64,000 nucleotides of DNA. Source: Minutocellus sp. GHC0000111 (taxonomy: Eukaryota). This document shows positions 11,791-24,217 of this stretch, piece by piece (the first letter of the stretch is position 1; each line of letters opens with the position of its first letter). The position numbers and the translations under genes are program-made. The stretch is from the NCBI GenBank assembly GCA_977018835.1, contig OZ361256.1:2790001-2854000 (forward strand). Reading direction: 5' to 3'. The notes below the pieces were generated by a model that was given only the letters and a program-made list of their open reading frames with translations, had not been told where the DNA came from and made no database searches.

Positions 11791-13833
11791 TTAAGAAGTA
11801 GCAACATTGTCATCGTCCTCTTCGAGAAAGAAACCGTCATCGTCGTACATGTGGCGGTCCTCATAATCGTCATCAAATCGATCGTCGTCATCATATCGAT
11901 CGTCATCGTCGTACATATCCTGCTTCTTCTTCTGTTTCTTCTTGAGATCTTTGTTTCTCTTTCGCTTCTCGGCTGGCAAAAAGGGCCCTTCATAAAAGTA
12001 CATCCATCCAGCTTTTGGTGGCCAATTCGCACCACAAGCTCTTCGCACAATTTGCCGTTGTTCTTTTGATAAAATGCCCCCATAATACGCCTGTGTCCAG
12101 TGCTTGTCGCTCCCTAGAGAAACGATCGTATCCCAGACAGCCTGCAAATTTTGCGTGGAGGCAAAGTGAGCAGCCACTGCAACCGTAGGTTCCAAGTTGT
12201 AGACTGCGTGGACTGCTTTGTTTGGTATATACAACACCTCGCCGGGGCGCTGCAGTACGTGCAATGGTCGCTTGCTGGGCTTCATCCCATCATACTCATT
12301 CAAGCTTGCCGTTGCGCCGACATTTGCAAACCAATGGGGCGTGTTCCAAAGCTCACCCGAGCATTTATCATCGCAATAGAGGTCACCGTAGGACGCTTCT
12401 TCTCCGAGAGGATAAATAATCCACCACTTGGAACCCGAGCTGACATAGTTCCAGGCATCGGCTCCAATTGGATCCATGTGCGGCCATGTTCCACTTCCGG
12501 TCTGCCCCGATGTCCACCACCTCGAAGGCCCATATCCTGGCGGGAAATCATCAAAATTGTCGTATATATTCTCAATAGGGCCGGGCAGGGTGAAATCATT
12601 CTTCAGCTTCGCCGCCTCTGGATGTGCAATCAAACTATCGAAAATATAGTAGTCGTCACCCTTTGCCATTGCATCCTTTACCCATCCCCAAGTCTCGAAG
12701 TTGTTCAAATCCATCCGTCGATTGTGGAACTTTCCCACAAAAGTAGTATCATTTGCAAATCGCTTGAGGAGCTTCTCCTTGGTCCAGACTTTTGTTGCGC
12801 GCCACTTCTTGTCGCACCCAACTAATGCAACGGGCAGCCTTGGAGTTTCGTACCGCTCCCGGAATTCTTCCTTGGTCAGATTGCAGCTGACTCTTGGAAG
12901 CTCATCCACAAGCGCAATGTCTTCAGGAGTCGGTAATGGTGCCTTGCTCATGCAGCAATGCTTTGTTGCATATGGACGTTCCAGCTCGGTTTTGTCAATG
13001 ACAATACCAGCACTCTCGACATTATTTGCATATCCGCCTGGTTCGTTTGAGATATAGCTTCTCCATTCATCTGACACGCCATCATCTCTATCTATCGACA
13101 TAACCTTGGAAACAAATGTAACATTTTCTGCGGCAGATAGATTCAGATGATTCGCCGACGTAACAATTGGAAAGGAAAATGCTACGCAGTGTTTGTCTTC
13201 CAGACAGCTGCTCTTGGCCTCTTGTAAACCGATCGATGGTACCGTGCGACGATATTCATCCTGGGGGTCAGCAACGACTCTCCCTCGGTGAAAGATGAAT
13301 GGCTTTTTGCTTTGATATGTCACCAGGACGCCTTTCGAAGTAGCATCGGCGTCTGCTTTCTCCTCGTTTCTCTCGGGTTGGACATTATCATCGTCATAAA
13401 TATTTCTGTCGGCAGCCTCGGCTGACCCATTGTGCCTCCTCTCCCACCTTGCGATATGCATTTGCACCTGACCTTTCATGGGAACCAACGTGTTCTTGTC
13501 CAGATTGGGAGGCAGATAATTGTGGACCATCACCTGCAACAATTCTGCCGCCGTTCCTGTGTCAGCAGTGTCTTCCGGCGAGATCTGTGGAAGTATGAAT
13601 GTAATGCCAGCACAACCAATCTGCTTGTCGCACAGATTCATTTCATCTAGGGCGAGGGCACCCCCATTCCTTGCAAGCCGACGGTTAAAGTCGGGTATTC
13701 GCTTTCGGAAGGTGTAGGATGTTCTGTCGTCGTGGTACGGAAATGGGGATTGCTGTGCTGTCGCAGATGCTTTTATCGCGATCAGCAGCGCACCGACGCA
13801 TAGAATTCGTGTACGTGTAGTTGTGAACGACAT
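11791..13833 (-). CDS. JmjC-domain (JMJD6/cupin-like) protein with signal peptide, two Cys-containing PAN-like segments and an acidic C-tail
   Basis: LTKEEFRERYETPRLPV, GSGTWPHMDP (HxD), WNYVSSGSKWW, QRPGEVLYIP..AVHAVYNL (distal His). Hydrophobic N-terminus ILCVGALLIAIKASATA. Confidence 0.85.
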   Translation of the reverse strand: MSFTTTRTRILCVGALLIAIKASATAQQSPFPYHDDRTSYTFRKRIPDFNRRLARNGGALALDEMNLCDKQIGCAGITFILPQISPEDTADTGTAAELLQVMVHNYLPPNLDKNTLVPMKGQVQMHIARWERRHNGSAEAADRNIYDDDNVQPERNEEKADADATSKGVLVTYQSKKPFIFHRGRVVADPQDEYRRTVPSIGLQEAKSSCLEDKHCVAFSFPIVTSANHLNLSAAENVTFVSKVMSIDRDDGVSDEWRSYISNEPGGYANNVESAGIVIDKTELERPYATKHCCMSKAPLPTPEDIALVDELPRVSCNLTKEEFRERYETPRLPVALVGCDKKWRATKVWTKEKLLKRFANDTTFVGKFHNRRMDLNNFETWGWVKDAMAKGDDYYIFDSLIAHPEAAKLKNDFTLPGPIENIYDNFDDFPPGYGPSRWWTSGQTGSGTWPHMDPIGADAWNYVSSGSKWWIIYPLGEEASYGDLYCDDKCSGELWNTPHWFANVGATASLNEYDGMKPSKRPLHVLQRPGEVLYIPNKAVHAVYNLEPTVAVAAHFASTQNLQAVWDTIVSLGSDKHWTQAYYGGILSKEQRQIVRRACGANWPPKAGWMYFYEGPFLPAEKRKRNKDLKKKQKKKQDMYDDDDRYDDDDRFDDDYEDRHMYDDDGFFLEEDDDNVATS

Positions 13834-14424
13834 GATTCCAGGGAGGCGGACCAATTAATAAGAATTGGCGTGGACTGAAAGGAAATGCAAAGGAGCTTTA
13901 TTGTCTTCTGCAGATGTATGTTTGCGAACCTATCTATTGTGGCGGGGTTGGAATTGAAGGAATCAAATTGCCCAGTGAGCGGGTATCTTGGCCAGCATGG
14001 AAGAAAGTTGTCGTAGCTACCACGATTAAGCTCTGCGATACTGCAATACCTGGTGAGGAGCTGTGTTTCGTCAGCGGTGAATCGTTCTGTACCGAAGCAA
14101 GCAACCAAAGTAACAACAATGGTAATCATGGCGCCGAGCCATGGCGCCGCGAGCGGCGACGCAAACTGCTCAACTGACGCCATTATGCCAGTCGATTGAG
14201 TCAAAATCCCCATCGGGCAGACAGAGGAGCCAATATCTGAAAGACACCCGGCTTCGAAAGAGAACCCTGCCGCCCGCAAAAGCACGGCGAGAGGAAGCCT
14301 CAACCCGAACGAACTGCCCTGCTCATCCTCTAGTCCGGCTCATAAATTACCCAACCAACCATCCAAAAGCAACACGCAATTGCAAATATCCAACTACAAT
14401 ACCAATACATCAACAACACCAACC

Positions 14425-17400
14425 ATGGCTCCTAAACCTGGCCTTCTCCCCGAGATGACGATGCACCGTCGCAAGCAGTCCATGGCGCCGGCTCTGCCCA
14501 ACCCCGTCGATCTCTGTCGCTTCAACAAGATTATGGCCGGTGAGTTGAAATCCGAATCCGAACCCGAACATTCCCTTGTTTGCTTGGATGAATAATTTTC
14601 TACCTGAACTCCTTGGCTCTTTGTCTGGTTTCGCCTCCTACGCTGCTCCCTCTCATGCGACGAGAAAAGATATCGTATGCGCACATATCCATATCTTTTC
14701 GACTGGCGGTTCGCATCGACGTTGGCATAAGATTCGATTTGATTCGTCGAGCAATTGCAACAATGGCCGATGTTTCCTTCTTTTGTGTTCGAACATCGAT
14801 AAGGCAGTATGCCGCGTGCATCTTCCCTTCGTTTCCTCTGCTGACACATGTTATGCTCGATTTCCCAATCCACTCACCAATATCGTTTTCTTCTCGTCGA
14901 TTTCTTCATACTACAATACTCGCCCAATCAATGCAAACAGCCAATCGATCTGAAATTGCAACCCGCATAATCCGCGCCGCCACCGAGCTCAACATGGAGT
15001 CTGTGGCCGTCTACGCCTTTGAGGATCGCAACAACCCTCATCGCTGGTGCGCCGATCAGTCCTTCCTCCTCCCGGCCTCGGGAACTCCCGTCGGTGCGTA
15101 CCTCAACATTGAGAATCTCATCAAGATTGCCAAGGACAATGGCGTCGATGCCATCCATCCCGGGTATGGGTTCCTTTCCGAGAGTGCCGAGTTCGCTCAG
15201 GCCTGCGCCGATGCTGGCATTACCTTCGTCGGTCCCAGGGTGGAGCACCTCGAGATCTTTGGTGACAAGACCAAGGCCCGTGAGCTGGCCATCAATGCCG
15301 GCGTTTCCGTCGTCCCTGGTACCGATGGTGCCGTCACCGACCTTCAAGATGCCGAGGATTTCGTCGACAAGTATGGCCTTCCCGTCATGATCAAGGCCGC
15401 CAAGGGTGGCGGCGGCAAGGGCATGCGTGTCGTCCGTGAACGGAAGGACCTCATCCCCTTCTTCAAGGCTGCTTCGTCCGAGGCTCTGGCCTCCTTCGGC
15501 GACGGATCTTGCTTCATCGAGCGTTACGTTGGTGCCGCCAAGCACGTCGAGGTTCAGGTCATCGGCGACGGCAAGGGCAACGTCGTCCATCTATGGGAGC
15601 GCGATTGCTCCATCCAGCGTCGTCATCAGAAGCTGATCGAGATCGCCCCCGCCTGGCATCATCCCATGAGCGTCCGCCAGAATGTCTTGGAGGATGCTTT
15701 AAAGCTCACCATGGCCTGCAAGTACTCCTGTGCTGGTACCGTCGAGTTCCTCATCGACGAGAACGGTCAGCATTACTTCATGGAGGTCAACCCTCGTGTC
15801 CAAGTCGAACATACAGTCACCGAAGAAGTAACGGGAATCGATATTGTCCAGACCACCTTCCTCATCGCCAGTGGTGCCTCGTTCGAACAGATTGGCCTCA
15901 ACCAGGAAGACATTGTCCCCCGTGGTATTGCCATGCAGTGCCGTATCACCACCGAGGATCCCTCCAGAGACTTCGCTCCTGACACTGGAATGCTGGACGT
16001 CTGCCGTCACAGCGTAGGTCCAGGAATTCGTCTCGATGGTGCTGCGTATGGCGGCATGGTCGTTCAGCCCTACTTTGACTCCCTCCTCATCAAGTACACT
16101 GCCCGATCGTCCACTTGGGATGGCGTCATTAGACGAATGCACCGTTGTCTCTTAGACAACCACATTCGTGGCGTGAAGCATAACATCCCCTTCCTCCTCA
16201 ACGTCTTGGCGCATCCTGATTTCGTCCGAGGAAACTTTGATCTCAACTTTATCGAGAACAATCCTTCGCTGCTTGATATTCAGCCCATTCCTCATGATCC
16301 CCTCGACAAGCAGTCGTTCCGTCCGTCGTACCAGAAGCTCGATGACCTGGAGGGATACTTGAAGTACATTGCCAACATCGCCGTCAATGGCCATCCCAAG
16401 ACTCTTGGTGCCGACCCCGAGAAGTCCAAAATCATTTCTCTCAACGATGTGGCTCCTCCCAATCTTGATGCCATCAACGACATCCTCAGTAAGAAGAACG
16501 CCGGTCTCTCGTCTCCTCACTTCCGTCACATTTTGAGGCAGGAAGGTGCCAAGGCCATGGCTCGTGCCGTCCGGCAGCATGATCGTGTTCTCTTCACCGA
16601 CACCACCTGGCGAGATGCTCACCAGAGTCTCTTGGCTACGCGTATGAGGACTGTGGATATGCTCAAGGCAGCCGAGGCCACCAACAAGGCGTACGGAGGA
16701 TCTCAGGATGTTTTCAGTCTCGAAATGTGGGGCGGCGCCACCTTTGATGTGTCAATGAGATTCCTCCACACGAGTGCCCCTGGCGACGATTGGAGGCCCT
16801 CCGCGCCAAAGTTCCCGACGTGTGCTTCCAAATGCTCCTCCGTGGCGCCAACGCCGTCGGTTACACCGCCTACCCTGACAACGTTGTTTATGCCTTCTGC
16901 AAGCAGGCATACGACTCCGGAATGGATGTCTTCCGTGTTTTCGACTCTCTGAATGATCCTGAAAACATGAAGATTGGCATCGAAGCCGCTGCCGCTTCGG
17001 GTGGATTCGTCGAGGCCGTCCTTTGCTACACCGGCGATGTGACCAAGGACGATCCCAACTACAAGTACAACCTCGACTACTACCTGACGTATGCCGTTGA
17101 GCTTATGAAGATGGGTGCTCATGCCCTCGCCGTCAAGGATATGGCCGGTCTTCTTACTCCCCGTGCTTATTTCAGCTCTCCGAGCCAAATTTCCCGAGGT
17201 TCCCATCCACGTCCATACCCATGATACTGCCGGTGCTGGCGTTGCCGCCATGATTGCCGCCGCCGAGGCCGGTGCCGATATCGTGGACGGCGCCATCGAT
17301 GCTATGTCGGGCTTGAGCTCTCAGCCTTGTCTGGGTGCCATCGTCTCCGGCGTTGGACCCGAGAAGACCAACCTCGACTTGGACGTGCTGCAGCAACTCA

Positions 17401-18482
17401 ACGTGTATTGGGAGTCTGTTCGTCACATGTACCTCCCCTTTGAGGTTACCGAGCTACCCTCCGCCATTGGTAGCAGCGTCTACAAGCATGAGATCCCCGG
17501 TGGCCAGTACACCAACCTTCTGTTCCAATCAAAGCAGCTCGGTCTTGCTGGACGCTTTGCCGAAGTCAAGAAGGCTTACACCGAGGCGAATCTCGTGATG
17601 GGTGACATTCCCAAGGTTACGCCCAGTTCCAAGGCTGTGGGCGACCTCGCTCAGTTCATGATCAGCATGAAGCTGTCTTCCGAAGCGCTCATTGCCAACG
17701 CTTCGACTCTGCCTCTCCCTGGATCTGTCGTCGAGTACTTCCAGGGCGCCCTTGGTGTCCCTCCCGGCGGTTTTCCCGAGGTATTGCGCGCCAATGTCCT
17801 CAAGGGCCGTTCCCTCGCCGATGGAAGATCTTTCTTCACCGGTCGCCCTGGCGCCGAGCTTCCCTCGTATGATTTCGATGCTTCTGAGGCAGCACTCAAG
17901 GAGGCCTACGGCAGTGCAAGAATCAGCTTCAAGGATGTCCTCTCGCATGCCCTCTATCCTGACGTCTTCAAGGCATGGATGGCCTGGGAGAAGGAGTATG
18001 GAGCCATCGATGAGCTCCCGACCGATGTCTTTATTCGACCTCTCAAGCCCGGTGAGGAGGTCCTCGTTTCCGTTGCTCCTGGCAAGGACTTCTACATCCG
18101 TCTCGCCCACATCGACAACTACAACGAGGATCTTGGTACTCGCAACGTGACTCTCGAGGTTAACGGAGAGAAGTGGTTCATCCGCACCCCTGACACCCTC
18201 ACCCCTGAACTCATGGCTGGTTCTGGTGGTGCCGTCAAGGTTCGCCGCGAGAAGAGCGATCCTACCAACAAGGGCAGCATCGGCTGCCCAATGCCTGGTG
18301 TCTTGGTCGATAGTTATGTCGAAGTTGGACAGGAGGTCGAAGAGGGACAGACTCTGTTCAAACTCTCGGCCATGAAGATGGAGACCGAGATCAAGAGTAC
18401 CATCGGCGGTGTTATCAAGCGCGTCCTCGTTGAGGCGGACGACAATGTGGAGGGTGATGATCTGCTCGCTGAGATTGAGTAA
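14425..18482 (+). CDS. PYC: Pyruvate carboxylase; two exons (intron 14540-14940); frameshifts near 16770 and 17165
   Basis: Spliced [114 protein letters not shown]; biotinylation motif SAMKME. Confidence 0.97.
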
Positions 18483-18640
18483 ATGATTCGAGACATCAAT
18501 TTTGCTGTATGACAATGCCGCACAAAGCCGCATTTTGCATATTATTATTACTAGTATCAAGTAAAATTTAGAGATGAAACATTAGATGTAGCAAAATTGT
18601 GTTCTATTGCACCGATAGAGAAAAGTAGACTTGTTGCATC

Positions 18641-21600
18641 CTACTGATCTTGCGGAGGCTGTGCGATCGCAGCTTGTGCCTCTTCGCGTTCCTTCTTCTT
18701 TTGCAATGCCCTTAGAACCTTCTTACGATTCTCGGTCCATATCTTGCGACAAATTAGCATGATTTTGTCGCTCAATATTCTGGCGTAGAGTTGGCCAGGC
18801 CGATCCTCGTCCGCTGCAGCAGCGACGCTTGCCAATGCTGCGTTTGCTTCCTCGTCAACGTCGTCCTCCCCCCGGCCTATTCTACCAACATCTTCGAGCT
18901 TCTTTTCGTACGATTCTGCTGGACCAATGAGACGGTGCCACTCCTTCTTGTCGCCGATGTCGGCAATCTCTTCAGGTTCTTGCGGCAACTGTGCACGCAT
19001 CCGATCGTCGGGCTCGTTGCGAGTAAACTTACGTTCGACTTCTCGGACAGCCATTACATGGGCGAAACTGAGCTGGTCGAGCGGGTTGCCCCAATGCGCA
19101 TGCTCACGGAACCAGTCGCACCGTATCTGTCGGCCTTCTTCGGTCTTGAGGTCATGAATCACCCACCGCGATCGGATCCAGTGCTTCATTTCATATTTAT
19201 GCACCGGCTCTGCGACGGAGCGGAGGTCGTCGCGATTGACGAAGGATGTTACTCGCTCGTAGAATTCTCTTTGTCACTTGAGGGGCTTGGGATCGCTTTG
19301 GCTAGGATCGCCGCCATTCTCGTAGACCATGAACTTGGCGGCATCGTAGACGGAAATCTTCTCGGCGTCGCCAGTTTCTTCGTCCTTGGATTTCTTCTGC
19401 TTGATGTTGTTCATCATGATTGCGGCGCGGCGCTCGGGTTCTGCGGGAAGGATAAATTTGATCTTCTTCCCATTCTCGTCGACCTTGTGGAATGGCCGTT
19501 CCCTAAGTGCAGGCCGATGCATCTCGGAAACGAGGAATTGGACGTCCTCGATGTTTGGCGTCACGGTGAAAAACTCATCGACAAACATGGCATATTGGAC
19601 GTCCTCGTGCATCAGCCGACCGGGGGTTAGCTTTGGCAACCACATTTCATCTGCGTTCTCACCATCCATAGTGTCTGGGACCCAAACAAGGACCCAGCCC
19701 CGATGCAGAATCCGACCATTCAGCATCACGAGTTTCTCCTCCTTGGTCAAGTCGCTAATCTTGGGGACCGGCTTGCCCGCTGCCTTGTCCTCGTCGCTTT
19801 GGATATCTTCGAGGGCATTCTGCGGAACTTTGGTGGTGGCCAAATCCACCAACTGACTGCCACTCGGTACAAATGCAACGTTGCATGTGCTGCGCTCGTA
19901 TCCATCCTCCTCATCATCGTCCCTGTGCGTAGCCTTGAGCTGGAGCTGCTCAACATCATAACCGAGGGATGTGGTGTAGAGGACAATGTCGCATCCAGCG
20001 GTGACATCTTTCGTCAGGTCAACGACCCCATCATAGATTGACGCCTTGCAGGTACCGGAGGTTGGAACGCACTCTGACGCGCAGGGAAAGATGTGATTTC
20101 CTCTGTGACATTGATCATCGTCAGCAGGACATGTCGGGAATCCTGTCCGTTGAAGGAACTCGTTGCCGGTCTCCAAATATCTCGATTTGCCATCCTTTTG
20201 TCCCACGGCAGCCTCGTCGTCATCGCCCATATCTAGCTCCTTGTTGGCAGGGCTGCTACCCTTACCCTTGGCATTAGCTGCGTTAGGATCGGGGCCGTAA
20301 GGCGACCGCTCGTCGAGATGCCACGCCAAAAGCCGGGCAATTCCATCGCGGACAGACGTGACAGGCGACCAACCGAGATGCTTCTTGGGCGACATGGAGC
20401 CGTCATCTCCCTCCTTCTTTGCTGATATTTTAGAAGGAAGCAACTTCTTTTCATCCGCTTCGTCATTTCCAGGCATGAGTGACTCCATCGCCGAAGCCAC
20501 AGATTCCAAGGTGACTTTGTTGTCGGCGTTGTCGGTGTCAGACAGTAAATCAAATACAGCGGCGGCCTCATCCTCTTTTCGGAATTGCATCGCAGCTATT
20601 ATTGCATCCACTGTGTCGTCCACAAAGAGCAAGTCCTTTTGGGTTGCGACTTCATGGGAATCTAGGGATGCCGCACGGAGTAAGGAGAAATTTTCGGGTG
20701 CATCATCCTATTCGTTCTCGCCATTTCTTGATTCCGCCAATTGTCGAGAATGGCGCTCCCAATCTGCTACCGCAACTTCAGCGAGGTCAAAGTCGGGAGA
20801 TCCCTGGACACCCCAAGGGCCGTAGACGTCGCCAAGACGAAGACCGACAGAATAAACCCCATAAAGTGACGAATAGGTCGATGCCAAGACTTCGTCGACC
20901 ATTTTGATGACAGGATGAAAGCGTTCCGAAGGCGAGGTTGACTCTTCGTCGCCCTCACCATGATCGCCGACGCTCTTCTCGCTACTTCTCTTCATCACAT
21001 CAACATCGACGATGCTTCGGCTGCTCGCGTAGACGAGGTGCGGTCGGAAGTTCCGACCACTCGCCGTGTCATCGGGCGCCGTCGCAATGCTGGTCAATAT
21101 GTGTTCCATCCCCGCCCCGGCCGTTCGCACCTGGTACATTGGTGGGGTGCGATTCTCGGTACCGTAGACGTGCTCGATGTGGTGTTTGCCCTCCCTCACG
21201 CCGGCATCGTCCCGGTAGGAATTATCATAGGCACTGGCCAAATGCACGACGTGGGTGGGACGAAACGTCAGAAAATTGATCTCTCCCGTCGACGGGAGCA
21301 TGATGTCAATGCCATGTGGCCCGCCCCCGCTGGCGGCAATCTTCTTCAGATTCAATCTGGGATCAAGGCCGACGTACGGGAGCATGATGGGCTGGCTGAG
21401 GCCGGGTATTTCCTTGCTAAGGATGCTCATCCGCCGGACCATCTCCAATCGATTCAGGATGGAGTTGGGGAACATGTTGTCGATGCCCATGATGGTCTGG
21501 ACGCCGCATTTGTTCTTCAGCGCCAGAGCCAAGTGAAATCCAATGGGGTTGAGGATGCCCGTTATCAAAACGCGCGACTGATCGTTCAGTACATCTCGTC

Positions 21601-23193
21601 GCAGATACGAGCCGGGGTGGGCCTTGGAGGCATCCCTGGCCTCGGACCCGCACAATTCCTCTGCAGATGCCGCCTCCAATCGCTCCAGGGCATCGATCTG
21701 TGCATCCGCGCCTCCTCCTTCTCTTGGATCTGCTCCTCGGTCAGTGGACTGCCATCGGCATTGGTCGCATCCCGGTCCACGGGCGGTATTTCTGGTTCTG
21801 CGTGCAGCGGCCGCGCCATCGGCGGCGGCATCCCCGATCGATTTTCGTCCAACAGTGCAAACGAATGCCGCGATGATGTGCGCAGGGCATCTTCAATTTC
21901 CCGCACCTTTGCGTCGTCGTTGCCAGCGCCATCGCCATTGTTTCCATTGCCATTCCTATTTGCAACTGATCGAGGCACCGTCCGCCTCCGCCTCGCGTCC
22001 GTCCGGCTGTCCATGTTGCCCCTTGCCCTGCCAATCTCGTCGGCCTTCCACCGCACCGCCCGCTCGGCCGACACGGTCGTGATGGGCCTCCCGTCGTACA
22101 ACAATGCATCGGTGTCCTCGTCATTATTGGCATGTGGATTCGTATTTGTGTGGATAGCATCACCACCATCACCACCACCGAGGCTGTTCCCGCCGGGTCC
22201 AAATATGCCCTTCATGCCGCCCCCACCCCCAACTCCTCTCTGTCCCGGCGGTTCATTGGCACCGCCACCGCTACCCCCACTTCCAAACCCGTCGCTCCAC
22301 CAATCCCTCTTCATCCCACCCCGACCGTCGAGTACGGTGGTCCCCCTCCTTACGATTATGGTATACACGCCAATGATGAGGAGGACGGTGCACTGGAACA
22401 CCTTGGTCAGGATGAGATGCCGTCTCCGTCCTCCACTGTGGTGCGGGTGTGCATGAACATGAGGATGGGCATGGGGGTGGTAGTGCGGATGCATGTCGTG
22501 ATGGTGCTGGTGCTGCGGATGGTGCATGACAGCATCGCCGGTGGATGGGGGTGCGTATTGATAGCCATGATGATCGGATTCCCCCTGCTGCATCATCTGC
22601 CCATTGTCGGGGTGATGGCCATGGCCGTGGCCGTGCCGCCGATAGGCCTGGGTGAACCTCCCGGGACTTTTGGTCGCGTCGAATCCACTGTTGCCGTTTC
22701 CGTGAGGAGGATACCCCTCTCCTCCATTGTTATTGGACATGCCGATGCCGTGATGATGGTGCGCCGCCAGCTCGTCGTCGTGGCTGCCGTTCGACATCGG
22801 ATGATCATGGTGCTGCGGCCCACCTCCAATACCACCACCAATGTTGCTGCCACCGCTGACGTTGCGGGCGTACTGCAAGGGCTCCTCGTCGCGGTGGAGG
22901 GCGTTCCGCGCGCTGAGGCCCATCCGGGGAGATGGGCGGCCGCCGAACGAGGCCGGCCGGGCGTTGGAGCCGGAGCTGGACGGGCCGCCGAAGGAGGAGG
23001 AGGGGGAGGGGCGGCCGTGACGGCGCATGGGGTACGGGACGGCCAGGGGGGAGTGACGTGGCCGGCTGGTTGGGGAGGGTTGAGAGGGTTCGTCGTGCTG
23101 GGAGGACGATGATGGAGCACCAGCATGCTCGTGCCCGTAATCATCATCGGCGGCATGGCCGACGTCCTCGTCCTCTTGGGCGTGATCGGCCAT
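18641..23193 (-). CDS. Type II membrane protein: low-complexity N-terminus, TM helix, NDP-sugar epimerase-like (GAE-like) domain and C-terminal DUF616-like glycosyltransferase domain. Frameshift near 21700; in-frame TAG at 20708-20710 and TGA at 19274-19276
   Basis: RVLITGILNPIGFHLALAL, PTHVVHLA, PHLVYASS, GLRLGDVYGPWG, DLLFVDDTVDAIIAAM and LGWSP resemble extended SDR epimerases. PKLTPGRL..YAMFVD and CDWFREH..DQLSFAHVM resemble DUF616. ORFs 20708-21679, 19274-20632 and 18641-19204 share one frame. Confidence 0.75.
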
Positions 23194-24217
23194 GCCCTTT
23201 TTTATCCTCTTTCTCGTATGTTTTTTTGAATCAATCAAAATGCTACCAGCCTTCAACGGCTGTCCGCTCACTCCCTTGAGGTATCCGTCCTTGGTTGATC
23301 GCCCGCTGCAAGCAATCGGTCCAGTCCCTACAAGCTAAGCCAAGCTTTGCCTTGCGTGCAGGTCTTGCTTGTCCCTCACCTTTTGGCACGAGGCACTCGA
23401 CCAGATCAATAAATTCACACCGCAAAAATGGCTTTTGGCGCAGATACAAGCGAGCCAAACAAAAATTCCAGGCCGTATCTGGAATGCCCGTTGGTGCTGC
23501 GTGGCAACCTAGCGACAAGGCAAGGGACAACAACAAAACCCGGCACGAGTTACGTAGTTGGCGCGCTTCCTCGAGAAGGACTGCAGGACGTGCGCCGACC
23601 GGCCGAAAAAATCGCCGCCTCTCGACAATCCAAAAGAAGAAAATGGATGGCTCCCACGCTATCCTAGCTAGCACATGGGCACGTGCCGTGCGTGCGTGGT
23701 CTGACTGGTATCTGTCTCTCGTCTCGCTCTCCACGCTGCTGCCTGCTCTTCCGGCGGCGGCCGATACAAGGGCCAAGCCAAATGACGGCAAATGCCGGCA
23801 AAGCCAATGCGTTGGGCTCAATTCTTTCCAAAATGAGACAACTTCGAATGCTATGACGTCATTATTTTCGGCCAGCAAAACAGCCCACGCGAAGATTTCG
23901 ACACCGAATGACATCAAATGGAAATCTTGAACGACACCGGACTTTCCGCACACTCCCCGTGAAAAAATTGTTATCGTCTGGCCGTCAGCCGATTGCATGC
24001 CATTTTTCTTCATTTTCTCGCGTCGCTCCATTTTTTTTTAAGGCCGGCCATGATGGGGATGTCTTCTGCGTGCCTCAGCCCGTCTCGCAGCCGCCAGAGG
24101 CGAAGGCTTGGCAGCCAAGAGGACGATGGCAGTAGTCGAGACGACGCGCCTGATCACTTGGAACCCTTTGTGATACGTAATTCTACCCTTTCAGCGCGGA
24201 CACAATCTCCTGCCACC

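Noticed and set aside
16765..17175. Programmed ribosomal frameshifting in pyruvate carboxylase
   Set aside because: The shifts look like an extra AC dinucleotide and a collapsed short repeat; no slippery heptamer is evident.
19274..19276. Selenocysteine at the in-frame TGA
   Set aside because: The context PLK*QREF is not a Cys/redox position, the same gene has other lesions, and no SECIS could be supported.
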